Position numbers and translations under genes: made by a program. From an uncultured virus (IMG/VR IMGVR_UViG_3300034073_005193) (taxonomy: Duplodnaviria > Heunggongvirae > Uroviricota > Caudoviricetes), in IMG/VR virus record IMGVR_UViG_3300034073_005193, positions 1 to 64,000 of that record: a stretch of DNA of 64,000 nucleotides, one strand, 5' to 3'. Of this stretch, positions 1-11,887 are shown piece after piece. A model generated the notes under the pieces. It worked only from the letters and a program-made list of their open reading frames with translations. It did not search any database and was not told the DNA's origin. Positions within the stretch are counted from its first letter, which is position 1, and every line of letters starts with the position of its first letter.

Positions 1-15
1 TTTAAAAAAGGTAAT

Positions 16-2225
16 ATGGCTTTGAAACATGAAACAATTAAAGATTTAATAGAAACTGTTCATTCTAAAGTTTTAGAATTAGGCGTTGGTAATTGCAAAG
101 TTATTTCAACGGATAATCCTTATACTTTGCAAGTAGGATTTACAATAGCAAGTGATGCAGAGACAGAGGAACATAGCATCAAGCTTACTAAATTAAAACT
201 TGAACCGCTTTGGCATAAACATTTTGACACTCCGATTAATCGTGGTAAGCTAGCCGAAGTTTTAGAATCTGGAACCATGCCAACCTGTTAAAAGTTTTTA
301 ACAATGATCAAATCTCAATCCGAAGAAAATATGCTAGTTAAAATTGTTGAAGAAAACGTTGAGTTAAAATCAAAAGTCTCTTCTTTAGAAAAAGAAAACG
401 AACAATTACGGGCTGCTTTGCTTTGGTACGTTGAAAACGACGAGACTAATGAAACCGCTTATAACGAGCCTTGGTTAAAAGGTAAGCGAAAAGCAATGAA
501 GCTACTTGGAATTTCAGAAGATGACGAGTAAAGATATTCAAATTTTAAAAAGCTGGCAACCATTTAAAATTATTCCAGCCAAGCAATTGGAGCCAAGTTT
601 AGCTCCCGATCTTTATTATGTAGTGGCAGAGGCTCCAACTTTTGATTCTTATATTGCTTTTGAGGGATATTTGAATCAATGTGAGCTAGCATGTTCTGCT
701 TTAAATAACAGAGTTTCAACTTCGCTTGCTTATCATGTTCAAAAAAGTTTAACAGAAAGATTATCATGAGCGTATTAAACGGACCTTCCGAGGGAACTTG
801 GTCAGTTATGGCTGGGAAATGGCTTGAAGAACGGGACCAAGCTAAGCAAGAATTATATGAAGCAAAGCTAGAAATTGATCGATTGAAATCTGTTATTAAA
901 AATCTAGAAGATTCTTTGGCAGTTAGTTCAGGAAAGAATTATTGAAAATGGAAAACGAATGGACAACTTACGAATGTCGAGGCTGCGGTCGGCATGAAGA
1001 AGCTCATTATAGTTCATTGCCTTGCGATTGGTCACGAATCGAAAGAATTGATGGACCAAACGGCATTTGTCCTGCTTGCGTTCATGACTTACTAGATGAT
1101 GTTCTTAATCGACTTCGTGAAGATGGTTATGAAAACGCACATGTTGTACAAGTCTCAGGCTCAAAGTGATAGGATAGAACCATGGAAACCAAGAAGAGTA
1201 CTTACAAGGTATATATCGGAGACACCATTTCGGGCTCATCCGATATGCGGTACTATAAGACTCTGGCTGCGGCAGAGCGGAGATTTAACGATCTCAGCCG
1301 GAGTTTCCGCAGGAACGGTCATAACAACGTAATTATGGCTGAGAACAACACGGTCATCCGATTCTCCTAAGTGCAAACTTCAGGTTCAAAGTGATAGTGT
1401 AGAATTATGGAAAACGAATGGATTACCAGCGAAACCGGAACCCGAACTTTCCGCCATGAGGGCTGGGAGCTAACGGTTTTTGCACATTGTTCTCATCAGA
1501 TTGATATTTCTGCGCCAAATTCAGATGTAGAAATAGATGTAACGTCAGAAGGTATTAGTTGTTTTGGTGAGGAGTCAAGCTTCTACTCCTTTTCCGGAGT
1601 TCGGTTCACTATTCCTTGGAGAATTATTGAAGAAATTTTAAAATTTAAGGCAAGCCAAAATGACGCCCGATGACATTGTAGATTTGAAATGTCGAATCAA
1701 AGAACTTGAAGAATTAAATAAAATAGAGAAAATTATGAATCGTTACATTCTTAAAAAAGAAATTGTTAATCGTAATGGAATTGTTGTAACAACTTATTTT
1801 TGGAATGACGGCAGTAGAAGCGTTGATTCTTCTTGTCATTGTTTTGGAATTTCGTTTAGAACTCATTCAAATGATAACTGCCTTAATCGAAAATGACCTC
1901 CTCTAAAAAACTTTCAACCAGATCCGATGGCGAACGAGAAAGAGCCAAGCATATCATTTCTCGTTTACGAGGCTGTATTGATGGATTAGAAATAGGTTTG
2001 AGAGATTACTCTGCTCCTATCGGGCTTGAAGCGGGAGAAGCAATCACTCAAACATCTATTGAACTAGATGCTTATATGCGAGCCGAACAAGATCAAAAGC
2101 AATTGCTAAAAATTAAACAAGCCTCAAAAGATTTTATAGAAGTTTACGAAAGAATTAGCGATGATAATAATTGGGGATCTTTAGGAGACGTTGAAGATCA
2201 ATTGAAAGAAGAATTGATAAAATAA
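16..2225 (+). other. Array of small hypothetical phage genes (includes a 59-aa ORF at 766-945 below the ORF-track cutoff)
   Basis: Tightly packed co-directional 59-110 aa ORFs with overlapping start/stop codons and no recognisable motifs. Confidence 0.75.
1146..1413 (+). repeat. Two copies of a 43-bp gene-boundary repeat (1146-1188, 1371-1413)
   Basis: GTACAAGTCTCAGGCTCAAAGTGATAGGATAGAACCATGGAAA vs GTGCAAACTTCAGGTTCAAAGTGATAGTGTAGAATTATGGAAA, 34/43 identical by hand alignment. Confidence 0.85.
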
Positions 2226-2250
2226 ACCATCAATTATCTGACATAATTGC

Positions 2251-3012
2251 ATGTCATATATATATAGACTTGTCGCAGGACCAGATCCTATTAATGTTTC
2301 AGCAAGATTGCCTGCCGGATTTTCGTATACTGGCTTTTGGAGCACCTCAAAAACCGAAACTGAAAATTTAATAAATGCACATTTGGAGTTTGTAAGTGAT
2401 TATATGGGTGGCGGCGCATACCCGTGGTCTGATGAACTTACAGTTCTTACTACGGACTTATCAAATGTAGAAACGGTTGATGAATACGAAAAATATCGTA
2501 CTGGACCATATCAGCCTGATTTTGATTCTTCTGAAATTTTTGTAATAAAAATTAAGGATCTATCTAAAATTACAAAAGAGCCTTGGGATTTTTGGAAGTA
2601 CGGTAGGAAATTTTATTTTCATCGAGATGATGATCCACAGACCGAAGCTAGATTAAAAACATATGAAAAAATAAAAGAACTTTCTTTAAAAGAAGATCTT
2701 TCTGAAAACGATATCAATTCACTGAACTTGTCCCTAAGAGAACTAAGGGCGCTCGAACAACAAAATCTGGATCTTGCAGTTGCTCATCCAGATAAGAATC
2801 AAAAAGAAAAATCTTTATATGTGGCAGAAGATAATAAGGAGAACAATGATAGGCTTGAGCAGCTAATTAACAGATTAATACAAAATAAAAACAATATCTC
2901 AAAAGCTTTTTTGCATGAAAAATTTCAAAAAACGTTATCAGCTGAAGATATTGAAAAAAAAGCAATTTATTTTTATTTTCTTTGCAAAACGTCCTTCTTA
3001 AAAAGATCATGA
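2251..3012 (+). CDS. Hypothetical protein, probably leaderless, possible virion-associated cargo
   Basis: 253-aa ORF; no SD; preceded by AATTATCTGACATAAT-3nt-ATG; C-terminal IEKKAIYFYFLCK helix. Confidence 0.6.
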   Translation: MSYIYRLVAGPDPINVSARLPAGFSYTGFWSTSKTETENLINAHLEFVSDYMGGGAYPWSDELTVLTTDLSNVETVDEYEKYRTGPYQPDFDSSEIFVIKIKDLSKITKEPWDFWKYGRKFYFHRDDDPQTEARLKTYEKIKELSLKEDLSENDINSLNLSLRELRALEQQNLDLAVAHPDKNQKEKSLYVAEDNKENNDRLEQLINRLIQNKNNISKAFLHEKFQKTLSAEDIEKKAIYFYFLCKTSFLKRS

Positions 3013-3553
3013 AATTAAATATTGAAGAATTATCCCGTGATAAAAACAAATCATTAAGCTCTCAGCCAATAATTAAATCCGGCTCCAACAAAGGCTTTAG
3101 ACAGATTGAGAAAAATGGAAACTGGATCTATTTAGATGGCTATGATTACCATTGCCGTCAACAAGAAAAATCCATTCATTTTAATTACGTTAAAACATTA
3201 ATTAATTTAGGCTTCCGAATCGGATCTTGTGATTTGGATGGCGTAAAATCTTTTTATATTTTCAAAAGTAAGGAAACAAATCCATGAGCGATAACGAAAA
3301 ATATTGGCAAGAACGTCGAGCCGATTTACAATTCTGCCTAGATAATAATCTAGTTTTTAAAATTACTCATCAAGACTTAGAACAAGAGAACATCTTTCTC
3401 AAAGAAGAAAGGCAAAGATTAATTAAAAAATTAGAAGAAATAGAAAATCTCTCTAAATATGCCTGGGAACAAGTGGATCGCAACCCAGAAGAAGCAAAAG
3501 AACTATTTAAAATGATTTTTACAAAAAGCAAATGAACCCAGGAGAAAATATAC

Positions 3554-4153
3554 ATGACTTGCATTGCCGCATTAGTTGAAAACAATACAGTTTATATGGG
3601 AGGCGATTCTGCTGGAATTGCCGGATTATCTATTACCGTTCGCTCTGATGAAAAAGTTTTTATTAATGGTCCATTTATCATTGGAATTACTGGATCGTTC
3701 AGAATGTCCGATCTCCTGAGGTATAAACTCGACCCACCAAAACAAACCGTTCATCGAGATGATCGAGCTTATCTTGTTACCGATTTTGTTGATAGTCTGA
3801 GAAAATGTTTCTCTGCCAATGGTTTTGGAGATAAAGATGCTACCGTTGGAGGGACTTTCCTCCTAGGATATAAAGGAACACTGTATTCCGTTCAAAAGGA
3901 TTATCAAATTGGAATTCCCAGCACCCAATATGATGCCGCTGGTTGCGGAGCAGATTTAGCTCTAGGTTCTCTTCATTCTACAGCTAAACTTAATCTTAAG
4001 CCAGAACAGCGCATTACTATGGCTTTAGAAGCTGCTAGTACCTTTAGCGCAGGAGTTTCTCCGCCATTCTTGGTTATGAAACAAGAATATAAAGATCCGG
4101 AAGCACCAAAGAAAAAATCACAGCCTGCCGCCCCAAAGAAAAAGAAAAAATAA
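3554..4153 (+). CDS. HslV/proteasome-beta-like Ntn-hydrolase, paralog 1
   Basis: N-terminal M-T (Thr nucleophile), GGDS motif, conserved K (SDEKVF), GITGS, AAGCG..LALGSL; Lys-rich tail. Confidence 0.75.
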   Translation: MTCIAALVENNTVYMGGDSAGIAGLSITVRSDEKVFINGPFIIGITGSFRMSDLLRYKLDPPKQTVHRDDRAYLVTDFVDSLRKCFSANGFGDKDATVGGTFLLGYKGTLYSVQKDYQIGIPSTQYDAAGCGADLALGSLHSTAKLNLKPEQRITMALEAASTFSAGVSPPFLVMKQEYKDPEAPKKKSQPAAPKKKKK

Positions 4154-4245
4154 ATAATTAACATAACCGCCAATATACATTGCAATTATTTTGCATATAC
4201 TTACGGCGCAAGAGGTAAGTCAACAGCAAACCCAAAAGGAGCTTC

Positions 4246-4917
4246 ATGACTGCTATCTCCGGAGTATCGATAAATAACACAGTGTATATCGGCGGTGATT
4301 CCGCTGGAATTTCTGGTCTTTCTGTAACAATTCGATCTGATGAAAAGGTCTTTACAGTTGGACCATTTTTATTTGGAATCGCTGGCAGCTTTAGAATGGG
4401 AAACATTCTTCGTTACAAATTCAAAGCTCCCAAACAAAAACCAAATCAAACCGATATGGCTTATTTGGTAACTGACTTCGTAGATTGTTTACGTGCATAT
4501 TTTGCAGCCAATGGATTTGGAGACAAAGATGCTACCATTGGAGGAAACTTTTTGCTTGGGTACAAAGGCAATCTTTATAACATTGATGCTGATTTTCAAG
4601 TAGGAATTCCCAGCACTCAATACGATGCCATTGGTTGCGGAGCAGAATTAGCATTGGGATCTTTGCATACCACTTCGCAATTTGATATTACCCCAGAGGA
4701 AAGACTTCGTTTATCATTGGATGCGGCAAGCAAATTCAATGCAGGCGTAGCTCCTCCATTTGTTATTCTTTCTCAAAAATACGATCCTAAAAAAGAAAAA
4801 CTAGAAGCTAAAGCAAAAGCCAAGGCAAAAAGCAAAGAACCCAAAGCCAAAGCAAAATCCAAAGCTAAAATTGAAGTAACAATGGAAAAACAAGCTTCGG
4901 CAAAAAAGAAAAAATAA
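4246..4917 (+). CDS. HslV/proteasome-beta-like Ntn-hydrolase, paralog 2
   Basis: Clear paralog of 3554-4153 (MTAI..GGDSAG..RSDEKVF..AIGCG..LALGSL); long KA-rich tail. Confidence 0.75.
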   Translation: MTAISGVSINNTVYIGGDSAGISGLSVTIRSDEKVFTVGPFLFGIAGSFRMGNILRYKFKAPKQKPNQTDMAYLVTDFVDCLRAYFAANGFGDKDATIGGNFLLGYKGNLYNIDADFQVGIPSTQYDAIGCGAELALGSLHTTSQFDITPEERLRLSLDAASKFNAGVAPPFVILSQKYDPKKEKLEAKAKAKAKSKEPKAKAKSKAKIEVTMEKQASAKKKK

Positions 4918-4946
4918 TTCGTTCTTAATTAAAAAGATTCAGCCCC

Positions 4947-4975
4947 TTGACAGGATTTGTTCGAGGGGCTATTCT
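4947..4975 (+). promoter_or_regulatory. sigma70-type promoter inside an inverted repeat
   Basis: TTGACA-17nt-TATTCT; arms AGCCCCTTGA (4941-4950) / TCGAGGGGCT (4961-4970); downstream AAGGAG RBS and ATG at 5016. Confidence 0.7.
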
Positions 4976-5015
4976 CTTTGTGGCGGCAGAGGATTGTGCT
5001 GCAAGGAGTTAAAAA

Positions 5016-5195
5016 ATGACCTACGAAGATCATCAGAAATTTAAATGGCTTTCTATTTATGGGGCATATGTCGCAGTTCAATGCCATCAAAGAATGATAG
5101 ATGGTCATGGCGGCGATTTGTCAGATGTTATTGAAAGCATTAAAGCAGATGCAGAAGCTGTTGCCGATTGGGCACTTGAAGGAGAAGCAAAATGA
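5016..5195 (+). CDS. Small hypothetical protein (59 aa, absent from ORF track)
   Basis: AAGGAG RBS, ATG 5016, TGA overlapping the next ATG (ATGA). Confidence 0.7.
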   Translation: MTYEDHQKFKWLSIYGAYVAVQCHQRMIDGHGGDLSDVIESIKADAEAVADWALEGEAK

Positions 5196-6781
5196 CTTGG
5201 GTAATTAAAGAAACTTATTCCGATTCTAAAAAGAAAATTTCCATTTACTGTTGCAATGTCCATTGTACCAAATGGAGCACGAGTCAATCGGAAGCCTTTA
5301 AATTCAAAGGTAAAGATTCTGCTTATAAAGCTTTGAATCGTTTAAAGAGTCTTGGTTCCAATGCAAAATTGGTTCGCCTCAAGCCAAAGCAAGAATTAGT
5401 TCATCCTGAGAATGGTACGGTGTTTCTGGACTTGACAATGCCAACTCCAGAACCTAATATCGTGGTGTGCGTCTATGAGGAGCTTGGTGAAGATTTTGGA
5501 GAAGAAGCAGGAGATAATGTTTATTATGTCTGTACGGTAAACTCCATGTCTACCAAAAGCGAAGATATTTTCTGCGAGCTTTCCGAGTATCATCAATTTT
5601 TGCGAGAAGGCAAGATTCAAGTAATCTGGGAACCGACATGACTTGGATATTAAAAAATAAAAACGGCTATTATTACAAATCAGGAATGGATATTATTCCT
5701 TTGAATTTTACCAATGTTAAATCTTCTGCATCACAAAAAGAAGCATGTCGTTTCGAGCAAAAAACAAATGCCGAACTGACAAAAAATTGTCTTAATGCCA
5801 GCTTTGTTAAAGCAAACGCTGAGGAATACAAAGTTATCAAACTTAAATCGCCCGAAGATAGCGAGTCTTTGTTGCCGCAAGTAGATACTGTATTTTACGA
5901 TGATGTTTTTGGAATTCCGCACCTTGTATGTAAGGTTAACAAAGATCCTAAAAACTCTTCTGAGTATGAAATTTGGACGGCATGTTCTGCTAACAAAAAT
6001 TATTATTGGGGCAGTGATAAAGATTGGCGCACCTTTTTAAATAAAGGCAGAATTAAAATTTTGTGGGAGCGGGATCAAAATGACTTGGATTGTTAAATTA
6101 AGCGATGGAAGATATTACGTTAGGAAATATCTTGAAGCTCCGGGATCTGTTCCTGAAATTAGCTTTACTTACCATCAAGCCGAGGCTTTCAAATTTCCTA
6201 GCGCAATAGATGCTCATTCTACTAAAGAATGGCTTGAATCTACTCATTCAAAAGCTGAAGTTATTAAATTTTCGGATAAAATTATGAACAAAAAAGAATT
6301 AAATCGAAAAGCTGCAATTGCCGTAATTAGTGACCTCATTGAAAAGATTTCTCTCTCATATAGAGATCAAGTCTCTCAAGCATTAGATGTTTTGGGAGCC
6401 ACTACAGACGAAAGAGTTTCCGTTTTAGGCAAGCTAGATAGCGCAGTTGAAGGCGCTCACAAATTATTTAGGCGAACAACACATGTTGATTCTCAAACTC
6501 TTTTAGCGAAAATTGATAGCTGTCTTTTTGAGGATGACTGGGACTTTGATAGCGTGATCATTAATCACGATGATTTCATTGAGTTGTTTGTAAAAAATCT
6601 TGACAAAGTTCGTAGCAGGTATAATGAAAACTCATCAGATGATGAGGTTCTAAAGCATCTAGAACCGATGAAAACTGGTCGTGGCGGAACCTTGAGGAAT
6701 CGTCATGGAAATGTCAGTAAAACAATTTATTGGAGCTACGAAATAGATCGTGGCGAAGTTCTTGGCTGTAAGAAATTTTGA
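5192..6781 (+). other. Three tandem paralogous hypothetical genes (5192-5641, 5638-6096, 6080-6781)
   Basis: Shared N-termini MTWVIK/MTWILK/MTWIVK and EAFKF/EACRF/EAFKF motif. Confidence 0.75.
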
Positions 6782-6784
6782 ATC

Positions 6785-9700
6785 ATGAAGCAAAAACATA
6801 TCTATATGTGGTTTGATGGCGATGTTAAGCGTCACTACTTTTCCAGCAAGCTAACTTATAACAAATGGTTAAGGGAGTTTGTTTCTGAATTAATGAGCGA
6901 TCCAACATTTCCATCTTTCTACGGGAATCTAAAAAACAAATCAAGGAAAGATGTGATGAGTTATTTTTCTTCAAATCTTTACCTAGAAAAAATTAAATTA
7001 GATCAATGACCACCAGCACAAGGCAAGAAAATCATGAAAATCTCTACAGAAATTAATAAGATTAAAAAGCGAATCAAATCAAGAATTGACGATCATGTTA
7101 ATTATTTAATGATTGGAATTGAATTCGTTAAAGAATCTAAAGAATGGCATGTTACCCCTTGCTTTGAAGGGGGAGGGGATGGTCATACATCATATATCGC
7201 TTTGGATGACCCCGGAATTCTGAACCCCGGACCATTTCAAGGAGTTGGCGAAACGCTACCAAAAGCTATTGCTAATATTAAAAAAGCACTGGATAACGCT
7301 GAGCAAAAAGATTATTGTTTTTACCGTTGGTGATTAACCATGAGTTATTCCTGCAAAAATAGAGGTCCCCGCAGTTACGAATGGATTTGCCTCTGCCCCG
7401 ACAAAGGCAAATCAGCTAAAGAAACCATTCCAAATCTTTGGAATAGTTATGTTCAAAATTTAATCATCTCCCTTCAAAAGAAAGTCGATTCTCTAACCGA
7501 GGAACAAGCATTGAAAGAATTGACAAAAATAGAAGACGAAGCAAATCTTCGATTCCAACTATGGAGAGATTCATGTTAAAAAGTAAATATGACGCAGAAA
7601 TTAATGCCAGAGAACGACTTCAGCTTTGGAATTGGATTAACGAATATGTTGTGGCTTGCGGAGGAGATCCTTCAGACGCTACAGTTAGCAATCGTCGAAT
7701 GGAAGCAGTTTCTAGAATTGAAGGAACGATTTTTGAAATCGCCAATCGTCATTACAAGGCTTGCCGATCATGATTCCTGGTAATAATAATTGGCTTGCTT
7801 CGCCAGGAAATTATAATCAATTAGATGCTATAGTTGGTCGCATGGTGCAAGATTTGTTTAAATTTGAAAGGCAGCCCTTTACATTTAAAACAAAGATGGC
7901 TATGCAAGCTATAGTTGACCGAGCCATATCAGATGCTCGTCAATATGGAATTGACCCTTCTCAAATAATGGAAGTAGCAAACAGAATTACAGTAATAGAA
8001 AGATAGTAGAATGATTAAAAACCGTTGCATGTTTGGTAATGGCTCTTGCCCTAAAGAACAAGAATGGCATTGTCATGTTTGGTTAAAAGATTGGTCAAGC
8101 GGCGACAGATCGCTTTGCGAAGAACATGCTGATAGCTATATGAAAGCCAATATTCGAGCAGGTCATGGAACTTTTGCAGTAAAGGTAAAAAAATGAGCAT
8201 TGATTCTGAACTACAGCTAATTAAAGAACTATTCGATATTGAATTTGGAGTTACCGTCAAAGGGGATGAAATCAAAGGCTATAATAATGGTAAAATCTAT
8301 CTTGATTCTACCAATTGCATTGAACTATCTGAGGCTTTTCTCAAGATTTCTAATTTCTTAAAAAGCTCTCATCCTAATTACGATCCAGTAAAAGCTCAAA
8401 AGGATGATATGGAACGACTGTTTCCAAATCCAAAAGAGCTAGAAAGCCTCCTTGCTCCATTTATTCAAGAAAGCGATTATATCAGCGATCCTGCTCATGC
8501 GGAGCCCGTTTTTAATTATACAACTTGCATTAAACGAGTAGTTGCATCTCTCTTAAAACAACAAGAACTAAATCAAGAAATTGCTTGTGGTCATTCTAAA
8601 GGCGACCTTTGGACAGAACTTCACGCAAATGCCAAACCATATTGCACAATCTGTAGGCTCTACGAAGAAATTGAAGGAAATGCAGCTGCCGCAGTAAAAT
8701 GGAGAGAAATTGTAGAATCAGCTTTAGGAATAGAGCCAGATCCAGAAAATCACACCCCAGAATGGGCGCATGAAGTTATTTTAAACATTAGGGAAATTGG
8801 AAACAAGAAATGAATAATCACGCCGGTTGGAGTCAAGATGGTCGCTGTGTTTGGTGCTTTTCCAATGATGCATCATCTCCTTGCATTGATCCTACTTCCG
8901 ATGAGTTTAGAATGAAGGTTATTAATCTAGAGCAAGCCTTGAAACAAGCTCAAGATGAATGTAAGTGGTGGCAGAAAAAACATTGGGAAGATGGTCTGAC
9001 CATGCGTTATATCGGACGCAGAGAAGGTGCCCATGAAATGCAAAGGAAGATCCGAGATTTAGTTTGGGCGGCTCGGTTTGATGAATTTCTAGATTCTGAA
9101 ATTGGTGCTATAGAATACAAAGAAGAACATGCAGTGAATTGCAAATGGTGGCGAGATTGGCATGATTGCAGTTGCGGAGCTTTTGACAAACAACAAAAGG
9201 ACTCTGAGAAAATTCAAACCGGATTTGACAAATATCTTGAAGAACAACTTGAAGACCCAGAATTTGCAAAAGAATATCAAAAAGCCAAATTGAAAATAAG
9301 CCATGAGTGAACATTCTAAATTAGTTAACTCTCCAGAATGGCAAGAGATGCAAGAAAATGCTGACAAAGCTCAAAAAGCATTTGAAGCAGAATGTGATCG
9401 AGCCTGGAACTCTTTAGATCAAGAAACCAAGCTAAAACTATTCTGTGCTGTTTGTACTCGCCTTTATAAAGGAGAGCTAGAGGACAAGGGTAGTTATCGC
9501 CATGTTTTGTATGAGGTCTTTGGATTTGGTCCAGAGGCTTATGGAACTGCTCAAGCCGCAGGATTTCTGGCGCTTCACAATGCTATTATTGACGAAGATC
9601 AAGAACTGGCTACTGCTAAAAAACTAGCAGAGCTTGCCAAAGAATATAATATTCCAAAAGAACAACTAGAAGGCTTGCTTGGCTGGAATCTTGTCAATCT

Positions 9701-10393
9701 TTATCTTTAACTATGACCCAATTTAAAAATATAAATATTTCTTGCATTGAAAATCTTATTTCCGAAGAGATAAATATCTCTTACGGAAATATTTCTATTG
9801 AATCTTCTGATGGACATTGGGTAATAGAATATGAATCATATTTTAACCCCCATGCCAAGCCTTACTCTTTAAAAGATAAAAAAGTTTTTGATAATGCATT
9901 AGATGCTGCTAAATTTTTCTGTTCTTATATTCAAGAACGTAACCAGGATTAGATTATGAATTTTAAACAAAACCAACTATCATCTCAAGAAGCGACCGAT
10001 GGCGAAATTTACAACAGGGGTCGTTCAGAAGGTCATGCTGATATTGCAGCTAAACTCAGAGCCATTCTTGATCCCGAAGATCAGCAGCATCTAAATCTTG
10101 ATGGTATTTTAAAAGAAATCGAATGGCTGGTTAAATATAAAGAACAAGCCGCAGAAGTTATTACTTATATCCGAGAAGCCGATGCCTTAAAAGAATTTGC
10201 TTATTCTAATGATGATGGTCCTTCTATTGCCGAACTACTGAGGGAATGTTATTATTTAGGCAAGGGATATAAGAATAACTTATCACTTAGCGATAGAAAT
10301 GAGAATAGACAACAAAAATTAAAACAACTTGGCTTCGAGGATTTGACCGAAGACCAAAAAGCTAATATTCAACTTGGTCGCAACTTAACATAA
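6785..10393 (+). other. Array of small hypothetical phage genes
   Basis: Contiguous co-directional ORFs without recognisable catalytic motifs. Confidence 0.7.
9303..9710 (+). CDS. Hypothetical protein, paralog of 11888-12220
   Basis: WNSL..FCAV..RLY.GE..DKGS.R..LY.VF.FGPEAY..HNAI shared. Confidence 0.8.
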   Translation: MSEHSKLVNSPEWQEMQENADKAQKAFEAECDRAWNSLDQETKLKLFCAVCTRLYKGELEDKGSYRHVLYEVFGFGPEAYGTAQAAGFLALHNAIIDEDQELATAKKLAELAKEYNIPKEQLEGLLGWNLVNLYL

Positions 10394-10411
10394 TGCCTTA
10401 AGAGATTTAAA

Positions 10412-11293
10412 ATGAACCACGAAGAAAACGCATACTTAGACTTATTGAAAAATATCCTAGATAATGGGACAACCAAACAAGACCGCACTGGAGTTGGTAC
10501 GATTGGAATTTTTGGCTCCCAGTTAAAATTCTCATTGGAAAATAATACTCTTCCCTTACTTACCACTAAGAAAATGTTTCTACGTGGAATTGTGGAAGAG
10601 CTATTGTTTTTTATTCGTGGCGAAACGGACACTAAAAAACTAGAAGCGAAAGGCGTTAATATCTGGAAAGGTAATACCAGTCGAGACTTTCTTGACAAGC
10701 GGGGTCTTGGATATTTGCCCGAAGGTGATATGGGTAAAGGATATGGCTTTCAATGGCGCAATTTTGGCGGAACAGCCAAGTCTTATGATTATAAGAATCA
10801 TCCCAGAGATGGTGTAGATCAGTTGTCTAGAGCATTGGAAATGATTAGAAACGAACCGAATAGTAGGAGAATTATAGTATCGGCTTGGAATCCAGTACAG
10901 TTAGATGAAATGGCTTTGCCTCCCTGTCATTGGAACTTTCAAATGCAGGTAGAAAATGGAAAATTGAATTTAATGTGGGTACAAAGAAGCTGGGATATTT
11001 TTCTTGCTGGCGGATTCAATATTTGCAGCTATGCAATTTTGACTATGCTTTTAGCTAAAGCTGCTAATTTGCAACCAGGAAATCTTATTTGTTCAGTAGG
11101 CGATACTCACGTTTACCTCAACCATATTGATCAGGTAAAAGAGCAAATCACAAGAACTCCCTATCCATTTCCACAGCTATCAATAGATAAGCCAATCAAT
11201 TCAATTGAAGACATGGAAAATCTTTCGTATGAAGATTTTGAACTTCACAATTATCAATGTCACCCAGCAATTAAAGCAGAAATGGCGGTTTAA
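10412..11293 (+). CDS. thyA: Thymidylate synthase
   Basis: DRTGVGT, PLLTTKK, YGFQWR, SRRIIVSAWN, ALPPCH, QRS.D, FN, GDTHVYLNH, C-terminal MAV. Confidence 0.97.
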   Translation: MNHEENAYLDLLKNILDNGTTKQDRTGVGTIGIFGSQLKFSLENNTLPLLTTKKMFLRGIVEELLFFIRGETDTKKLEAKGVNIWKGNTSRDFLDKRGLGYLPEGDMGKGYGFQWRNFGGTAKSYDYKNHPRDGVDQLSRALEMIRNEPNSRRIIVSAWNPVQLDEMALPPCHWNFQMQVENGKLNLMWVQRSWDIFLAGGFNICSYAILTMLLAKAANLQPGNLICSVGDTHVYLNHIDQVKEQITRTPYPFPQLSIDKPINSIEDMENLSYEDFELHNYQCHPAIKAEMAV

Positions 11294-11887
11294 TTATGAA
11301 ACATCCACATATCGCATTTAACGATTGCAAAGTAAATAATATTTATATCCTTCATTCTAGGAATTTAAAATTCGGAGTTTTTACTTCATCTGGAACTTTT
11401 ATCGGCTTACGCACCAAGTTTGATAACGTTTTTCTTGACAAAGAATTGCATATTGAACGAGGCGGAACAGCTACTCCAATGTATCGTTTTGGCAGCATAC
11501 CTGATAACATTCCATTAGTTACTTCACTAGGCACTTATGATGAAATGACTGGTAAAATAGTAGAATTTGATAAACCCATTGTGGATGGTGGTAAGGGCTG
11601 GTATTTTGCAGATACTGGGGCTTCATCTACTGAAATTAAACCATACAACAAAAACAATACTGCATTATTTGATTATTTAAAGAACCTTGAATTAACGGTT
11701 GAAATGATTGAGCAATATTCTAGTTTAACTAATTGGAAGAATGATAATCTTGGTTTTGTTCCGGGCACTCTTAGCCCTGTAAGATTGATTGACTTGCCTG
11801 ATAATCCAACAATTGTAATTGACGAAGAATCTTCCAAAGCAAGAAAAGCTGCCATTATTGAATGGATGACACGAGGAAACATGGATC

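Noticed and set aside
1146..1413. Integron attC sites or mini-CRISPR
   Set aside because: No RYYYAAC/GTTRRRY inverted core, only two degenerate copies, and the spacer is a whole gene
10412..11293. dCMP hydroxymethylase (modified-base pathway)
   Set aside because: Retains the dUMP-specifying Asn and full ThyA motifs
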